A DNA stretch of 63,290 nt, filler included, from Collodictyon triciliatum (taxonomy: Eukaryota), in NCBI GenBank assembly GCA_043381765.1. It is 6 parts of 6 records of this genome, joined end to end, with 100 filler letters (N's around TTAATTAATTAA, not from the genome) between each part and the next. Parts side by side here need not be neighbours in the genome. Positions count along the whole stretch, not along the records: positions 47,263 to 59,214 come from JBHJMP010002276.1; positions 59,315 to 63,290 come from JBHJMP010002313.1; 4 more parts are not named here. One strand, given 5' to 3'. This document shows positions 47,414-59,477 of this stretch, piece by piece. The notes under the pieces were generated by a model. The model was not told the DNA's origin. It saw only the letters and a list, made by a program, of their open reading frames with translations, and made no database searches. The number at the start of each line of letters is the position of its first letter. Within the stretch, counting starts at the first letter, position 1. Made by a program: the position numbers and the translations under genes.

Positions 47414-50400
47414 TCATCTATACTGGGAAGTATGTCCGATCTGGACTCTGCATTTTCAGCTTGGCAACTACGGGATTGGTCTGGCAAACTCAAGAAGGAG
47501 AAAACCTTCATGCACAGCTTTCTGCTATTCTTTTCAGGTGTCTCTTGAATATAATTTTTTTAATGACAGTTATATATTCTACATCCATTTTCTCACTTAT
47601 CTAATATGAAACTCTTTTTATAGAACTTATTACATTCCAATCAAAGAACTATTTTCTCCAATCCATGGATGATTTCAAACATTTCTCACCGGTTGTCCAG
47701 ATCGTTCACATATATTTCATTTTGGAGAGTGGATTGGTATGTCTTACATATTGATTCCAAAGTCATAAAAGCACTGGGAGTTTTATGTACTGCCTACATA
47801 TTGAGTAAAAATAAACTCTTGCAGATGAGCAAGCTTATACGGAAAGGAATAATGATACCTGAGCTTATAACCATAGTTCAAACAATCATATCAAACAACA
47901 CATCGAGGTGCAGCACCACGATTTCTCTTAATTAAATTCAACCATGTTACTTCAAAACCTTTCCTGTTCTAGTACCAAAATTCGCTGATTTTTTTAACGT
48001 TATATACCGTTTCTGATAGTGCTGGAGGTGCACTCTTCAAACCACATTTTGAGATAGCTAGTGATCTAGTCACAACAATAACTCATCTTGTTTGTGACAT
48101 AGCGTATCCTTTTTCAAGAATAAGAGCATGATTTTTTCTATGGTCAATACTTATTTTTAAACTCCAGATATGTGTTTACCTTAACAATTATTTATCAGCA
48201 ATCGAATTCCTGATACTGCCATTGATTTGTTGGATGCTGGTGTCAAGAAGGGATTCCGCACTATGTTGCTCTGGATTCATCGGTATGGGCGATTGCGTCC
48301 ATTTAACATTTTACATACACCACATATATTATTTCTTCATGGCTTACATACTTTTGATTCATTTCGTATTTTCTCTAGTGAGTCGATACAGATAAGATTG
48401 CAAACAGTGACCGCGACTCACGAAGATGTCCAATTCTCTCCAGCTGAATTTAACGTGGAATCTGAATCCTATTCTATCGAGATGACGACTGAAATCGAGT
48501 ATTCTAAAGCCTTAAACTTCATNNNNNNNNNNNNNNNNNNNNNNNNNNNNNNNNNNNNNNNNNNNNNNNNNNNNNNNNNNNNNNNNNNNNNNNNNNNNNN
48601 NNNNNNNNNNNNNNNNNNNNNNNNNNNNNNNNNNNNNNNNNNNNNNNNNNNNNNNNNNNNNNNNNNNNNNNNNNNNNNNNNNNNNNNNNNNNNNNNNNNN
48701 NNNNNNNNNNNNNNNNNNNNNNNNNNNNNNNNNNNNNNNNNNNNNNNNNNNNNNNNNNNNNNNNNNNNNNNNNNNNNNNNNNNNNNNNNNNNNNNNNNNN
48801 NNNNNNNNNNNNNNNNNNNNNNNNNNNNNNNNNNNNNNNNNNNNNNNNNNNNNNNNNNNNNNNNNNNNNNNNNNNNNNNNNNNNNNNNNNNNNNNNNNNN
48901 NNNNNNNNNNNNNNNNNNNNNNNNNNNNNNNNNNNNNNNNNNNNNNNNNNNNNNNNNNNNNNNNNNNNNNNNNNNNNNNNNNNNNNNNNNNNNNNNNNNN
49001 NNNNNNNNNNNNNNNNNNNNNNNNNNNNNNNNNNNNNNNNNNNNNNNNNNNNNNNNNNNNNNNNNNNNNNNNNNNGATATGGAGATATCTGCTTGACTTT
49101 ATGTTTGAAGTTTGCGATATTGGAATAGCACACTGTACACAAGAGTACTACAAGAGTCATGTCCGGCACATAAGGTGATATTGTTAATGATTTTTACTTT
49201 ATTTCGAGTGCAGTGTTAAATTTAGGCAAAGAACGCTCTTTGAGAAACGACGTCTTTTGCTGTGCGCGATGATCTCAAACATAAGCGATACTTTTGTATC
49301 CAATCAAGACATCATTATGATTAAACAATTTTTTTCTTGCAACCACACAGAGAATCACCCGATATCCAAATATCTGTATGTGCCTCCATATGTGCCCTAT
49401 TGTTGAAGGCTGAGCCACCAGATGTTCTTTCATATATCAACGAGTATGGGATATGGAATAAGCTGATCAGCCCTCCATTTTTTTTCGTTTGCTTCGACCA
49501 CGATCAAATTGAATCAGAAATAGTCGACATCCAGAAGCGTACAGTTCTATTCCACTTTGCCATATTACTTATGACACTCGCACATACACGTATTCTTTGT
49601 ATATATATATATATATTCCTGGTCAGTCTCTCATTTTTAAATTCTTTTCTTTGTTTACAAATCACAGAGTTGCTTCTTAGAGACTATTCGCCAACACTTG
49701 CCAAACACTCAAAGCCGATTCCACAACTGAAGCTTAGTACATTCACTTCATTCAATATATCATCTCATAGGTAGCTAAGATGATACTATCATTTCGTGTT
49801 GTTCTTAGGCCATTTAAGGCGATGATTTCCTCAGAACATTAATCACAAAGTGTCATTCATACTATACGTGCCAAATATTTTCCTCTCTTGATGGCGTCTT
49901 ACTCAGGTGGACATTTGAAAAAAACAGCGTTATGTAACACGTAGTCTGAATATGACATAACTGTCTAGAAATCTTCGAAAGGCCATCGAGTGCGTTTATC
50001 TACTTGCATGCTACAACACCGTGGATCTAAAGATCGAAAGCGATGTTTCATGGGCAACATTTGCTGTATTATTTTTTCAATTATATTTTTTTTTGGATAA
50101 GCCCTTTCATACATTCCGAAAATTGAGTGGCATGTAAAGATTATTATTTTTTTATAAGAGTTACAACTCCACAATATTCCATTTTGAGAAATTCAAGAAT
50201 CTTGTAAAAAAAATAAGATAAAAAAGAAGATAAGAAACCCTCTTTATCTAATTTTTCCTTCGTTAAATCATATCTAAGTCACATTTTTCTTCTAGAATGT
50301 TTTTATGAAGTTTCGAGAAACACCTTTCATAGTTGCTGAACTATCGCTTTGGATGAAAAGGTTAACAAAAACTCTAAACTGCCATCTTTCAAAAATAGGG

Positions 50401-53400
50401 GAAAAATCATTTATGTCACAGTATCTTTAACTGAAAGGCAACTTCGCATCAATTAGTTCATTCATTTCAAGCCTTTTGATTATGGTTATCATTATATACA
50501 GCTTTAATTTTGCATTATCTCCCCAATATTTTAGGGTTTTATACTATCATCCTTCCAGTTCAACTCAAATGAGACGCCAGGAGATTGTCTCCATGTCTAT
50601 TGTCGATTTATCCAGTGATTTCCTCAAGTAGATTTTTATGAAAATTCTCCCTTCGCATATGATGGACACACTTTGTGTACTACATTTACCATATTTCATT
50701 TCTGGGTTTCTTTATTAATAGCCTATCTCTGTGTGGTTACTTGGGTTTTGATGACAAACCTAATTTTAGCCTTTGAGCATTTCCTCTATACACACACTCT
50801 TCATTTCATTTACTTAATTCAGGGCTGGACTTTCTCACACTGACCCATGGGTCCGGTGCGCACAAACCTGTCTCATTTTAACGCTGGTGGGACTTCGTAC
50901 TTATTTTTATGTTATCCCACCTATTCTTTATCAGTCTCAATTCGTATACACCATAAACCTAATACGAACTCCGTGACAGTCGTCCGTCTTGAAAACATAC
51001 GAAGCAACAAAAAAGCTTGCAATATCGAACGAATTTTTCTTCCAAGTAACTTTTTCTCGAATTTTCTCGAAATCTACCATTAAAGAAATTATATATATTG
51101 TTTGAATGGGAAAATCTATCTAAAATGTGCCCCGGCTTTTTGTTAGTGTGTCATCGACTTTTTCTACAATCAGCACACTCAACATTTGACAAAAACCTGT
51201 CTATTTGATATTTTAATGCTGGATGACCCATCTTACCATGGCCACAAAATATCAGCACTTAGAAAGATATGCGAGTTGTTCTCCAGGTTAAATATCTCCT
51301 TACACAAACGTCCTTTCCCTAATCATTCCGAATAATTTATTGCCTTTTTGATTTGCGATATAATATATCGATGAATGCTAAAGAGTTTTATTTTTAAGAG
51401 GGTCTTCAGTTTCTCCAGTAAATCTGGTGGATTTCTACCGAACCATCCTGGGGTTGGTACGTCAGCTGATTCATGCGAGCGAGACTGAATACCAAGTATT
51501 TCGTCATGGAATTACAGAATACTATTCTCTTTTTGTCAATTTTCGTTTAATCTTCATTATATCAACCCTTTATAACACAATCACAAGTCAAAGAACCTAA
51601 TTTAATATCGCTGCGTACATATATATACATAGAATAACTTTAGAGAAGCTGGTATCTTTTTGCATATAATGAATTTAATCAATGGACACCACGCAAACGC
51701 CCTTTGTTGTGAAGTTTTGCGCACAATCAAACATCTATTAATTCGAAACCAAGAGAACAAGGTATAATATGATCATTCATTTTTCATTCTTTTACTGAAT
51801 TTGAAAAATACTTAAATTTCGCTCCTGATTTGTGATGCTCCATTAAAATGATTTCGTCAGGACTACATGCGAGCATATATTGGATATAATCACATGGGAA
51901 AACTAATTTTGCGGATTGAACCTGATGTAATCCCACAGGCTATTACAACCTTGTTTGAAATAGTATGCAAGTTAATCAATTTTAAAAATTTGTCACACAA
52001 CCAAGTCTACGAATTGTGAATTTTTGACCTTAGTTTTACACATTTCCCACCAGATATGTTAGTGTTTTTTCTTTAAAAAAAAATCGAATTCAAGGATATT
52101 CACGTCTATCCTTCTTTCTCACATCACCTTATCATTCGAGGTTGTGGAGGAAGATAATATCAAAGCACAAAGTTATTCCTTGCTGATGGTGAAAAATACA
52201 AATATTCTTCCAGTCCTGGTTGCAATAGCTGCAGATGTGGAAAGTCCGTCCACGAAGGTAATCTATTTGGGTTTATTTCTATTTCATGACCTCAGTTTGT
52301 GTCTTTTAAATAAAACTTGAATAATTTTAATATGATAAATCAGCCTAAAACAATGATACTTTGAATCGAATAAAAGGAATAAAACCTGTAAATCTGTTGT
52401 TTTTTTTATTGATATGACTCAATTTTAAAGAGAACCCGTCAATCACATCGATCTCTTTCTCTTTTCCCTCTGTTTTTAAATAGGAGATGATTCTTGAGCA
52501 ACTATACATCATATCAGAATCGAGCCAGTATAATAGAGGGCAAATTTACCACTCTCGAATAATGGATAGCCTCCTTCCTATGCTTTCTCAAATTCCTGTT
52601 AATTACAAAGCATATGGTACCCTATCGATTCGTGAACATTTCCATTTCATGCATTCAATCTTGAAAAGAAAAAAGAGACCATGTATGTTTTTTTTTTTGG
52701 ATCAGGATTTTTAACTGAATACCTTTTCAAAAAACATAGAACATCTTGTGAAACTATGCTGCAGTATTGGTTCATACGCTGTAACAGTTAAGCAAGTGCG
52801 ATGCATATTCCAACTGTTGAAAAATGATGAAAATGACCACAGGGTAATTAAAATACAGTTGATCGGCAAATGGAAATGAATATACACTCATTTGTAATTT
52901 ATTGATAAGTATGTACGCCACATAAATGAGCGAATAAATCAATTTTTCACTTTTGGTTACGCAGCCCGTCTGGAATCCAAAAGTGTTGCAGATTGTCCAA
53001 CATATAATCGACCATAGCGGGCCAAAGCTATATTTCGACTTTTACGGGTCAGATTCGGTAAGAACAAGAGTTGCAGTACATGTAAAATAACAATAAAAAA
53101 ATGTATTCTTGAATATTATAAAGGTTGATTAGGACGATATGCATATGATAATTTCACAGTTTTTTTTTTTATCACCATGCAGTGCCTTTTAATTCCCCAA
53201 GTCAATATTGCATCAATCACCGGATACACATTTGTCACATTTGTTCGCATTGAAAATCTTGTAAAAAGAAATTTTTTCAGACCTACCATCCTAAGGTTTG
53301 ATATTGCTCTACCTTTTTTTTTTTTAAAAAAAAGTAATTTTATTGAAAAAACCAAATTAATCCAATCCAATATGTGATTAAACTCTTATTTCTGTAGTCT

Positions 53401-55713
53401 CCTCGACGCCGAAGGGAATGGGCTCGAAATATATTTTGAGGGTATTTACCTCTGCATAGCGACAACTCACCATAAAAAAGAGCACAAGCATGTTTTTCAG
53501 CATTCCTTCGTGCCAAAAACGTGGAATTCCATCGCTATTAGCCATGTAGCTTCAAAGGTAACAACCAGACTACTTCGACCATCGCAGAGACTTTATGGTC
53601 TTATCTTCATTGATCTAAATAGTGGTTTAATTTATTTTGTTTCTTGTTTCTTGTTTCTTGTTTCTTGTTTCTTGTTTCTTGTTTCTTGTTTCTTGTTTCT
53701 TGTTTCTTGTTTCTTGTTTCTTGTTTCTTGTTTCTTGTTTCTTGTTAATCCTTGATGCATGGCCCAAAATAAATGGTCTCTGTCTGCCATTGAAACTCTG
53801 CTATGGTATTCACTTATTTGCAAACACGAATTCGAATGCAACTTTTATTAGATACCATTCTCCAACGACGAAGTTCGGTTGTATGTAAATGGTGAACTCG
53901 CTAGTAAAGGCCCATGCAAATTCCCAACTTTCTCGCATGTAGGGGTCCATCCACGTGTTTTTGTTTTTCTTGATAGCAAATTGCAAAAGCACCTAACTTT
54001 TATCGAAACACATAGGATATGAAGAAGTCATGCATTGGTTCTCGTTCACGCGAACTTCAAACTGATATTCCAAAGGACCGTTATTGGCCATATGGATTGT
54101 GCGGTCAACTGGGGCCGATATATTTTTTCAATGAATCCTTGTCCCATTGGGAAGTGAAAACAATCATGGCGATGGGATATGATTATCTGGGATCATTCTT
54201 ACCTCATGAGTATTAGAATCATTTTTTTATTTTTATTTAGTTTTACAAATCTGATATAAACCAAGATTAATTTAAAAGATTCATAACATATAATCTATGC
54301 CCCAAGGCTCACAAAGATTTTTCTTAGGGCCCAGTCTGTTCCAAAAAGCCACCGATATGCATTTGATGGGTCCCTATCGTCCAAGCTTGTATTTCAATTC
54401 GTTTGTAAGGTATGTCTTGTTGATTTGGGATTACTTTTAAAGAAAAAGTTGTTTTTTTTTTTTTAAAAAAAAAAACTACTCAATATCATCATCAATCTCA
54501 CTTCATGCAGGCTTCGAATGGACGAGTCTTTTATGACATAACCTCTGAGGACCCCTCAAACCCGATGAGAATTACACGCTTCGCCACCCCAAATTACCTG
54601 AGTGCAAAGGTTGATTCTCCATTTTCCGAGACTCTCAGTTGTTTAGGAGGGATCCAGGTTCGACCTATTTACCACCATAATCAATTATAATCGAACATAT
54701 GTATGTTTTTACCAGCATTCTATGACACATTTTATTCAGTTTATTTTGATGAACAACATAGAATTCTCTCATATTCACTATTCAATAACAGGTCGTCTTG
54801 CCATTAATCATCAGTGTCACCTTCCCACTTGCAAATTCAGAGTTACCGTCTGACCCGATGGCAGATATCACATTTCTTCACTCGGTATAGAATTATCTAT
54901 TCGTATAAAATGGAATATTTTCCTTCCTCAGATACAGTGTCAATAAAATACCAACGCACCCTTCGCGATTATTGACTATATTTTTTCTTTTAGACCATCC
55001 GACTCTTAAAAAAGTTGATCGAGCGGAAGTACTCCCAAGATGACCTGTTTGCCTGTAACGGATTTGCTGCAATGGGATTCTTACTCCGATACATCCATCC
55101 AAATACACACAGCAATTTATCCATCTCGATGATATATTCCATCTTTCACTGCATCACAGACACTGGTTTTTAGCTCTCTTTTTTTCCTGCATAATCAATT
55201 TTCATTCAGTATTTCGGTCAGAATCACACTGTTTCTATCAGATTTCCATAACAGGTGAACTATATATGTATAGATTTGAAGATTCAATATTTGGAACATG
55301 TCATGCTGAATATGAGTATATGGATTTACTGCAAAACTGAATTACAGATTACTCTGTGGAATTTCATTCGTGATATTGCAACCAGTCATTTTGAAGTAAG
55401 TCACATTATATGAAGCTCTTCGTACTACCTTTTCATTTCTTTGTTTCACATATGACTGATTGGTATCTTCAAAACTCATTTGTCTACCACACTTGTGACA
55501 TCTGGTGCTACAGATGTTTCATGAGGTCTTTGGGGTTCAGTTCTTACTCGATATCATCCGCATGTTTTATTGGAACGAACCAGACGAGTATTCGTTTGGA
55601 AGATTGCCACGTGTTCATCCTGTTACAAAGGTTTGAATTTTTGATCACAGAGTTTCTTCTAACATCTTTATTTGTTACGAGAGTAATACTTTCGTTCTTT
55701 ATCACTCATTTTA

Positions 55714-55748
<35 letters not shown>

Positions 55749-57412
55749 CATTATCATTATCATTATCATTATCATTATCATTATCATTATCATTATCATT
55801 ATCATTATCATTATCATTATCATTATCATTATCATTATCATTATCATTATCATTATCATTATCATCAAGTATAGCTAATTGTGATGGTTTACAATCCATG
55901 TTAAGGAGGTCCAAGCCTCACGTCCATCGGCGGAGGAGATTCGCCAGATCAAAGATGCTATGCTACCCATAATGACCATCATACTTAGCAGAGTTCGCTC
56001 CCAAACCAGTCTCATGTCCATAATGTAAGTGTTCTCCCTATGTTGAACGAATTATATGAGGACGTTTCAAGATTATCTGAGACCAGAGTGCTACCAATTC
56101 GTTTTCTACAATAGGTGGTATTTGGTTTCGAGTAAAGACAGAAGGCAAATAATCGAAATGTTAGATTATGTACAGTCGCTGACATTTATTTGGTCAATTG
56201 GTAACAACCATAAAACCAATCAATTTATCAAGATAATCACTGCTTGTATTAATTTATTATCATCTCGAACAACTCAAAAAAATTGAAGAGGAAAATAACC
56301 ACAGACCTGGTTGAATGCCGTATTAGATGTCATTGAAATGCTCGCAGATTCTGGAGCCTTTGATAAAATTATGATTCTAATGCAGCATGAATGTGAAGAG
56401 GTGAGCAAACTTCAGCAGGCCAGCTTAAACCTTTTAAAATAGCATTCTCCCTACTAATATTTATTATTTTACTTTTGTTAAAATAAAAAAACGAAATATA
56501 TCATAGGTTCGTCTTCCAACGTTACGGCTGTTTGGAAAATTCTTTTATCAAAGCAACGCGCTCAGGGAAATTGAAGATCAAATCCCATACGTTCAATCTG
56601 TTTTGCAGCCTTTTCCCGTTTCGGGAGCTACGTACCAAACACTCATTCATCTTCTCGCTCCCAAGCCGGGAGTTGATCCAAAAGAAGTATTCATTTTCAT
56701 TTGCATAGATTGTATGTCATTTGCTAATACTGTATTGTCTCACACTATTCCCGTACAAAGAAAGGTCATGTAGAATATATTATCACTAATACTATTGAAT
56801 GCAGTACGTTATCGACGATGATTCCAAGATTAAGTTCATGTGCATACTCCCAATAATTCTCGACTTGTTGCCTCATATGGAGGAAGAGCTGCAGGCTCGG
56901 TTTTGCCAAGATTTTTCCCTTCTATTTAAGCTGAGGTACAACTCGTTTTTTTTTTTTGGACTTTATTATTTAGGCTGAAGCTGCATGACATACTGAATGC
57001 TAAATCATGCGTCATTTGAGATTAACTAAGATGGAAACCTATGCTTGCATCATTTTCTTTTCCTTAATTTTTTTTATCTTAGTAGCTACTCTGATATCAT
57101 ATCTATGTCGCAATTTCTCTCCACTCAAATTACGTTTTGTTCATAAGCCCTGATAATCGCAAGATTGCTATGGAAGATACGATATGGTTGTACTATCTCT
57201 GCCGCTATTTCAGAGAAACATCTACCGGCCCAAGCGAGAGTACCGCATGTATGGTTGTATATTTACACGACCCGTTCTCAATCACTTCACTTATTCTTTA
57301 CATATTATGTGCACTCTTTATTTTGTTTTCTATTTATAGTTTTTCTAAATCGGTGCGGTATGAAAACTCACCTTTTTTTTAACAAGAATCCAATCCGTTC
57401 CTCCTAAACCCT

Positions 57413-57456
<44 letters not shown>

Positions 57457-58880
57457 AGAGTTCAATCCTTTCCCCCTTTTCCTTTTTTTTTTTTTTTTTT
57501 TTTTTTTATACCGTATAGTGCTACATAGTGGTACTGCATATAGATTATTGAGACAGCTCCTCTCGATTCTTTTAGTGGGGTCATTATTTTATCAAAAGGA
57601 CGGCTACGACTTTGTTGAAACTTTTCTTGTTTACATGAATTACCACAGCACCGAAAACACAGTAACTTTTACAAAAATTCCCCTGACACACATTATGGAT
57701 TATTAGAGTTTGCGTCCATTCTTCTTTGAACCTGATATCTAGATGAGACTGTATGTCGTGTAAGTATTTTAATCACTATAATCCACAACTAGATATGGCA
57801 CCTCAGAGAAGTCGCACAGAACTTTCTTCTCGATGGACTCAAAGTGATTGGTGATCAAATTACTGACCTCAAGACCAACATGGGGTATTTCCTTCAATTC
57901 CAGTTGCTAGAAAAAAACGAGGTAAAGGATTTTAAATAATATATTAAAACTAACATGCGCTAAACGAAATTATGGGACATGCAACCAACTTTAAAGTAAT
58001 AACAAAGAAAAACATCAACATATTTGATTGCAACTCACATTACATAAAGATATAGTCAAATGATGCGATGTTTTTTTTTAAAAAAAAATTAATCCATTTA
58101 TCCATCAATACTTTTTCAGGCAAATGTGTATCAATTCATCGAGATAGTTGAAAATTTCTCATACACATGCAAGATAACCAGTCAGTTTGAGACGCGTTCT
58201 GGAAGTGAACATCCTCTTGCTGCATGTAAGTTTACAGTAGTATCCTCAATGCGATCGATGACTTTTTTTTTCTTCCTTTCATGTCTTCTGAATCGCTTTT
58301 TTATCTTTTTTTTTTTAGACACCCATACATCCTCTCGCATAAACAGTATCCCCACGGATTCAATGTCTAAATAGATATTTGAACACGTATTTTTCGACAG
58401 GTATTGAGCGATCGTCCAGCAATCTGTGGGGGCGATTCGTCTCTGTGACTTGTTCAGAAAATGCGGAGGCTCATCTTCACCGCGGTCTCGGTGGTCAATG
58501 GGCTGATTTACCTTTGGCCCTGGAGGTTGTGAAGCTGACCAACGTCCTTGTTACCGACCCTTCCTCATGCAAGGTAAATATCGATTATGTGAAATTTAGC
58601 CGCGAATGGTGATGAATCAAGGCCACATCCATTACCTAGCAATACGTTTGTTTCGCATCTAGATAAATGACGAAGAAGTGAAGCGCCGTATAATTATTAG
58701 CGCCCTTCGCATGTCGATAGTCAGCGTTTTGATTCTGTCGCACCAGGAGAGAGACGTCAACTCTTTCAAGGTTTTCGTAGATTACATCTCTGCCGTTGCA
58801 CACCGACACAACGGAATTCAGGACATTATGAGTGAAATACATACAGCTCAGATACTATGTGGGCTGATATCCACATTCGG
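47414..58880 (+). CDS. BEACH-family (neurobeachin/LRBA/NBEAL/Lvs-like) protein, N-terminal ARM and ConA-like region; partial at both ends, many exons
   Basis: GPKLYFDFYGSDS, GYTFVTFVRIE, KTWNSIAISH, VRLYVNGEL, LCGQLGPIYFFNESLS...GYDYLGSF and ETLSCLGGIQVVLPL are characteristic of the ConA-like region of BEACH proteins. The BEACH domain itself is not in the window. Confidence 0.82.
48104..48198 (+). other. U12-type (minor spliceosome) GT-AG intron, 95 nt
   Basis: Donor GTATCCTTT (48104-48112) and branch TTTACCTTAAC (48175-48185), 13 nt from the 3' end. Removal gives an open frame HLVCDIA|NRIPDTAIDLLDAG. Confidence 0.85.
52358..52384 (+). mobile_element. Degenerate copy of the short A-tailed retro-insertion family in a BEACH-gene intron
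   Basis: actttgaatcgaataaaaggaataaaa matches the family 3' end; no clear TSD. Confidence 0.5.
53639..53744. repeat. (GTTTCTT)n heptamer microsatellite, intronic
   Basis: Directly visible. Confidence 0.96.
55723..55864. repeat. (ATCATT)n hexamer microsatellite, intronic
   Basis: Directly visible. Confidence 0.96.
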
Positions 58881-59095
58881 GTATACTATGCGCTTTGCTT
58901 CATTTTACTATCATTTTTCGATGCACAGGACTTTCATGTATCTTTTTTTTTTTTGGCTTATTTGAGATTGTATTCACTGTTACGTGTGACTATAATAGCA
59001 TTCTGGTGTTGCCAATAATCCGAACTAATCAATCTCCTTTTTACTACGTACCTTTGTTTTGTTTTTTTATCTTTATTTTTATTATTATCGCTTTT

Positions 59096-59214
59096 GTATT
59101 GTATTGTATTGTATTGTATTGTATTGTATTGTATTGTATTGTATTGTATTGTATTGTATTGTATTGTATTGTATTGTATTGTATTGTATTGTATTGTATT
59201 GTATTGTATTGTAT
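59096..59214. repeat. (GTATT)n pentamer repeat at segment edge
   Basis: Directly visible. Confidence 0.96.
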
Positions 59215-59347
59215 NNNNNNNNNNNNNNNNNNNNNNNNNNNNNNNNNNNNNNNNNNNNTTAATTAATTAANNNNNNNNNNNNNNNNNNNNNNNNNNNNNN
59301 NNNNNNNNNNNNNNAAAAAAAAAAAAAAAAAGAGGTTAAAAAAAATA

Positions 59348-59386
<39 letters not shown>

Positions 59387-59477
59387 AATCTAAATTTGGG
59401 CGCTTTTTTTATCTTCCTCTAATAAAACGGTATTATTCACCGAACGATGTATAAAATGTTAAAATCTTATCACTAAC

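Noticed and set aside
57743..57750. 8-nt microexon ag|ATGAGACT|gtatgt in the BEACH gene
   Set aside because: Inclusion shifts the frame to a stop; the flanking exons join directly in phase 0.
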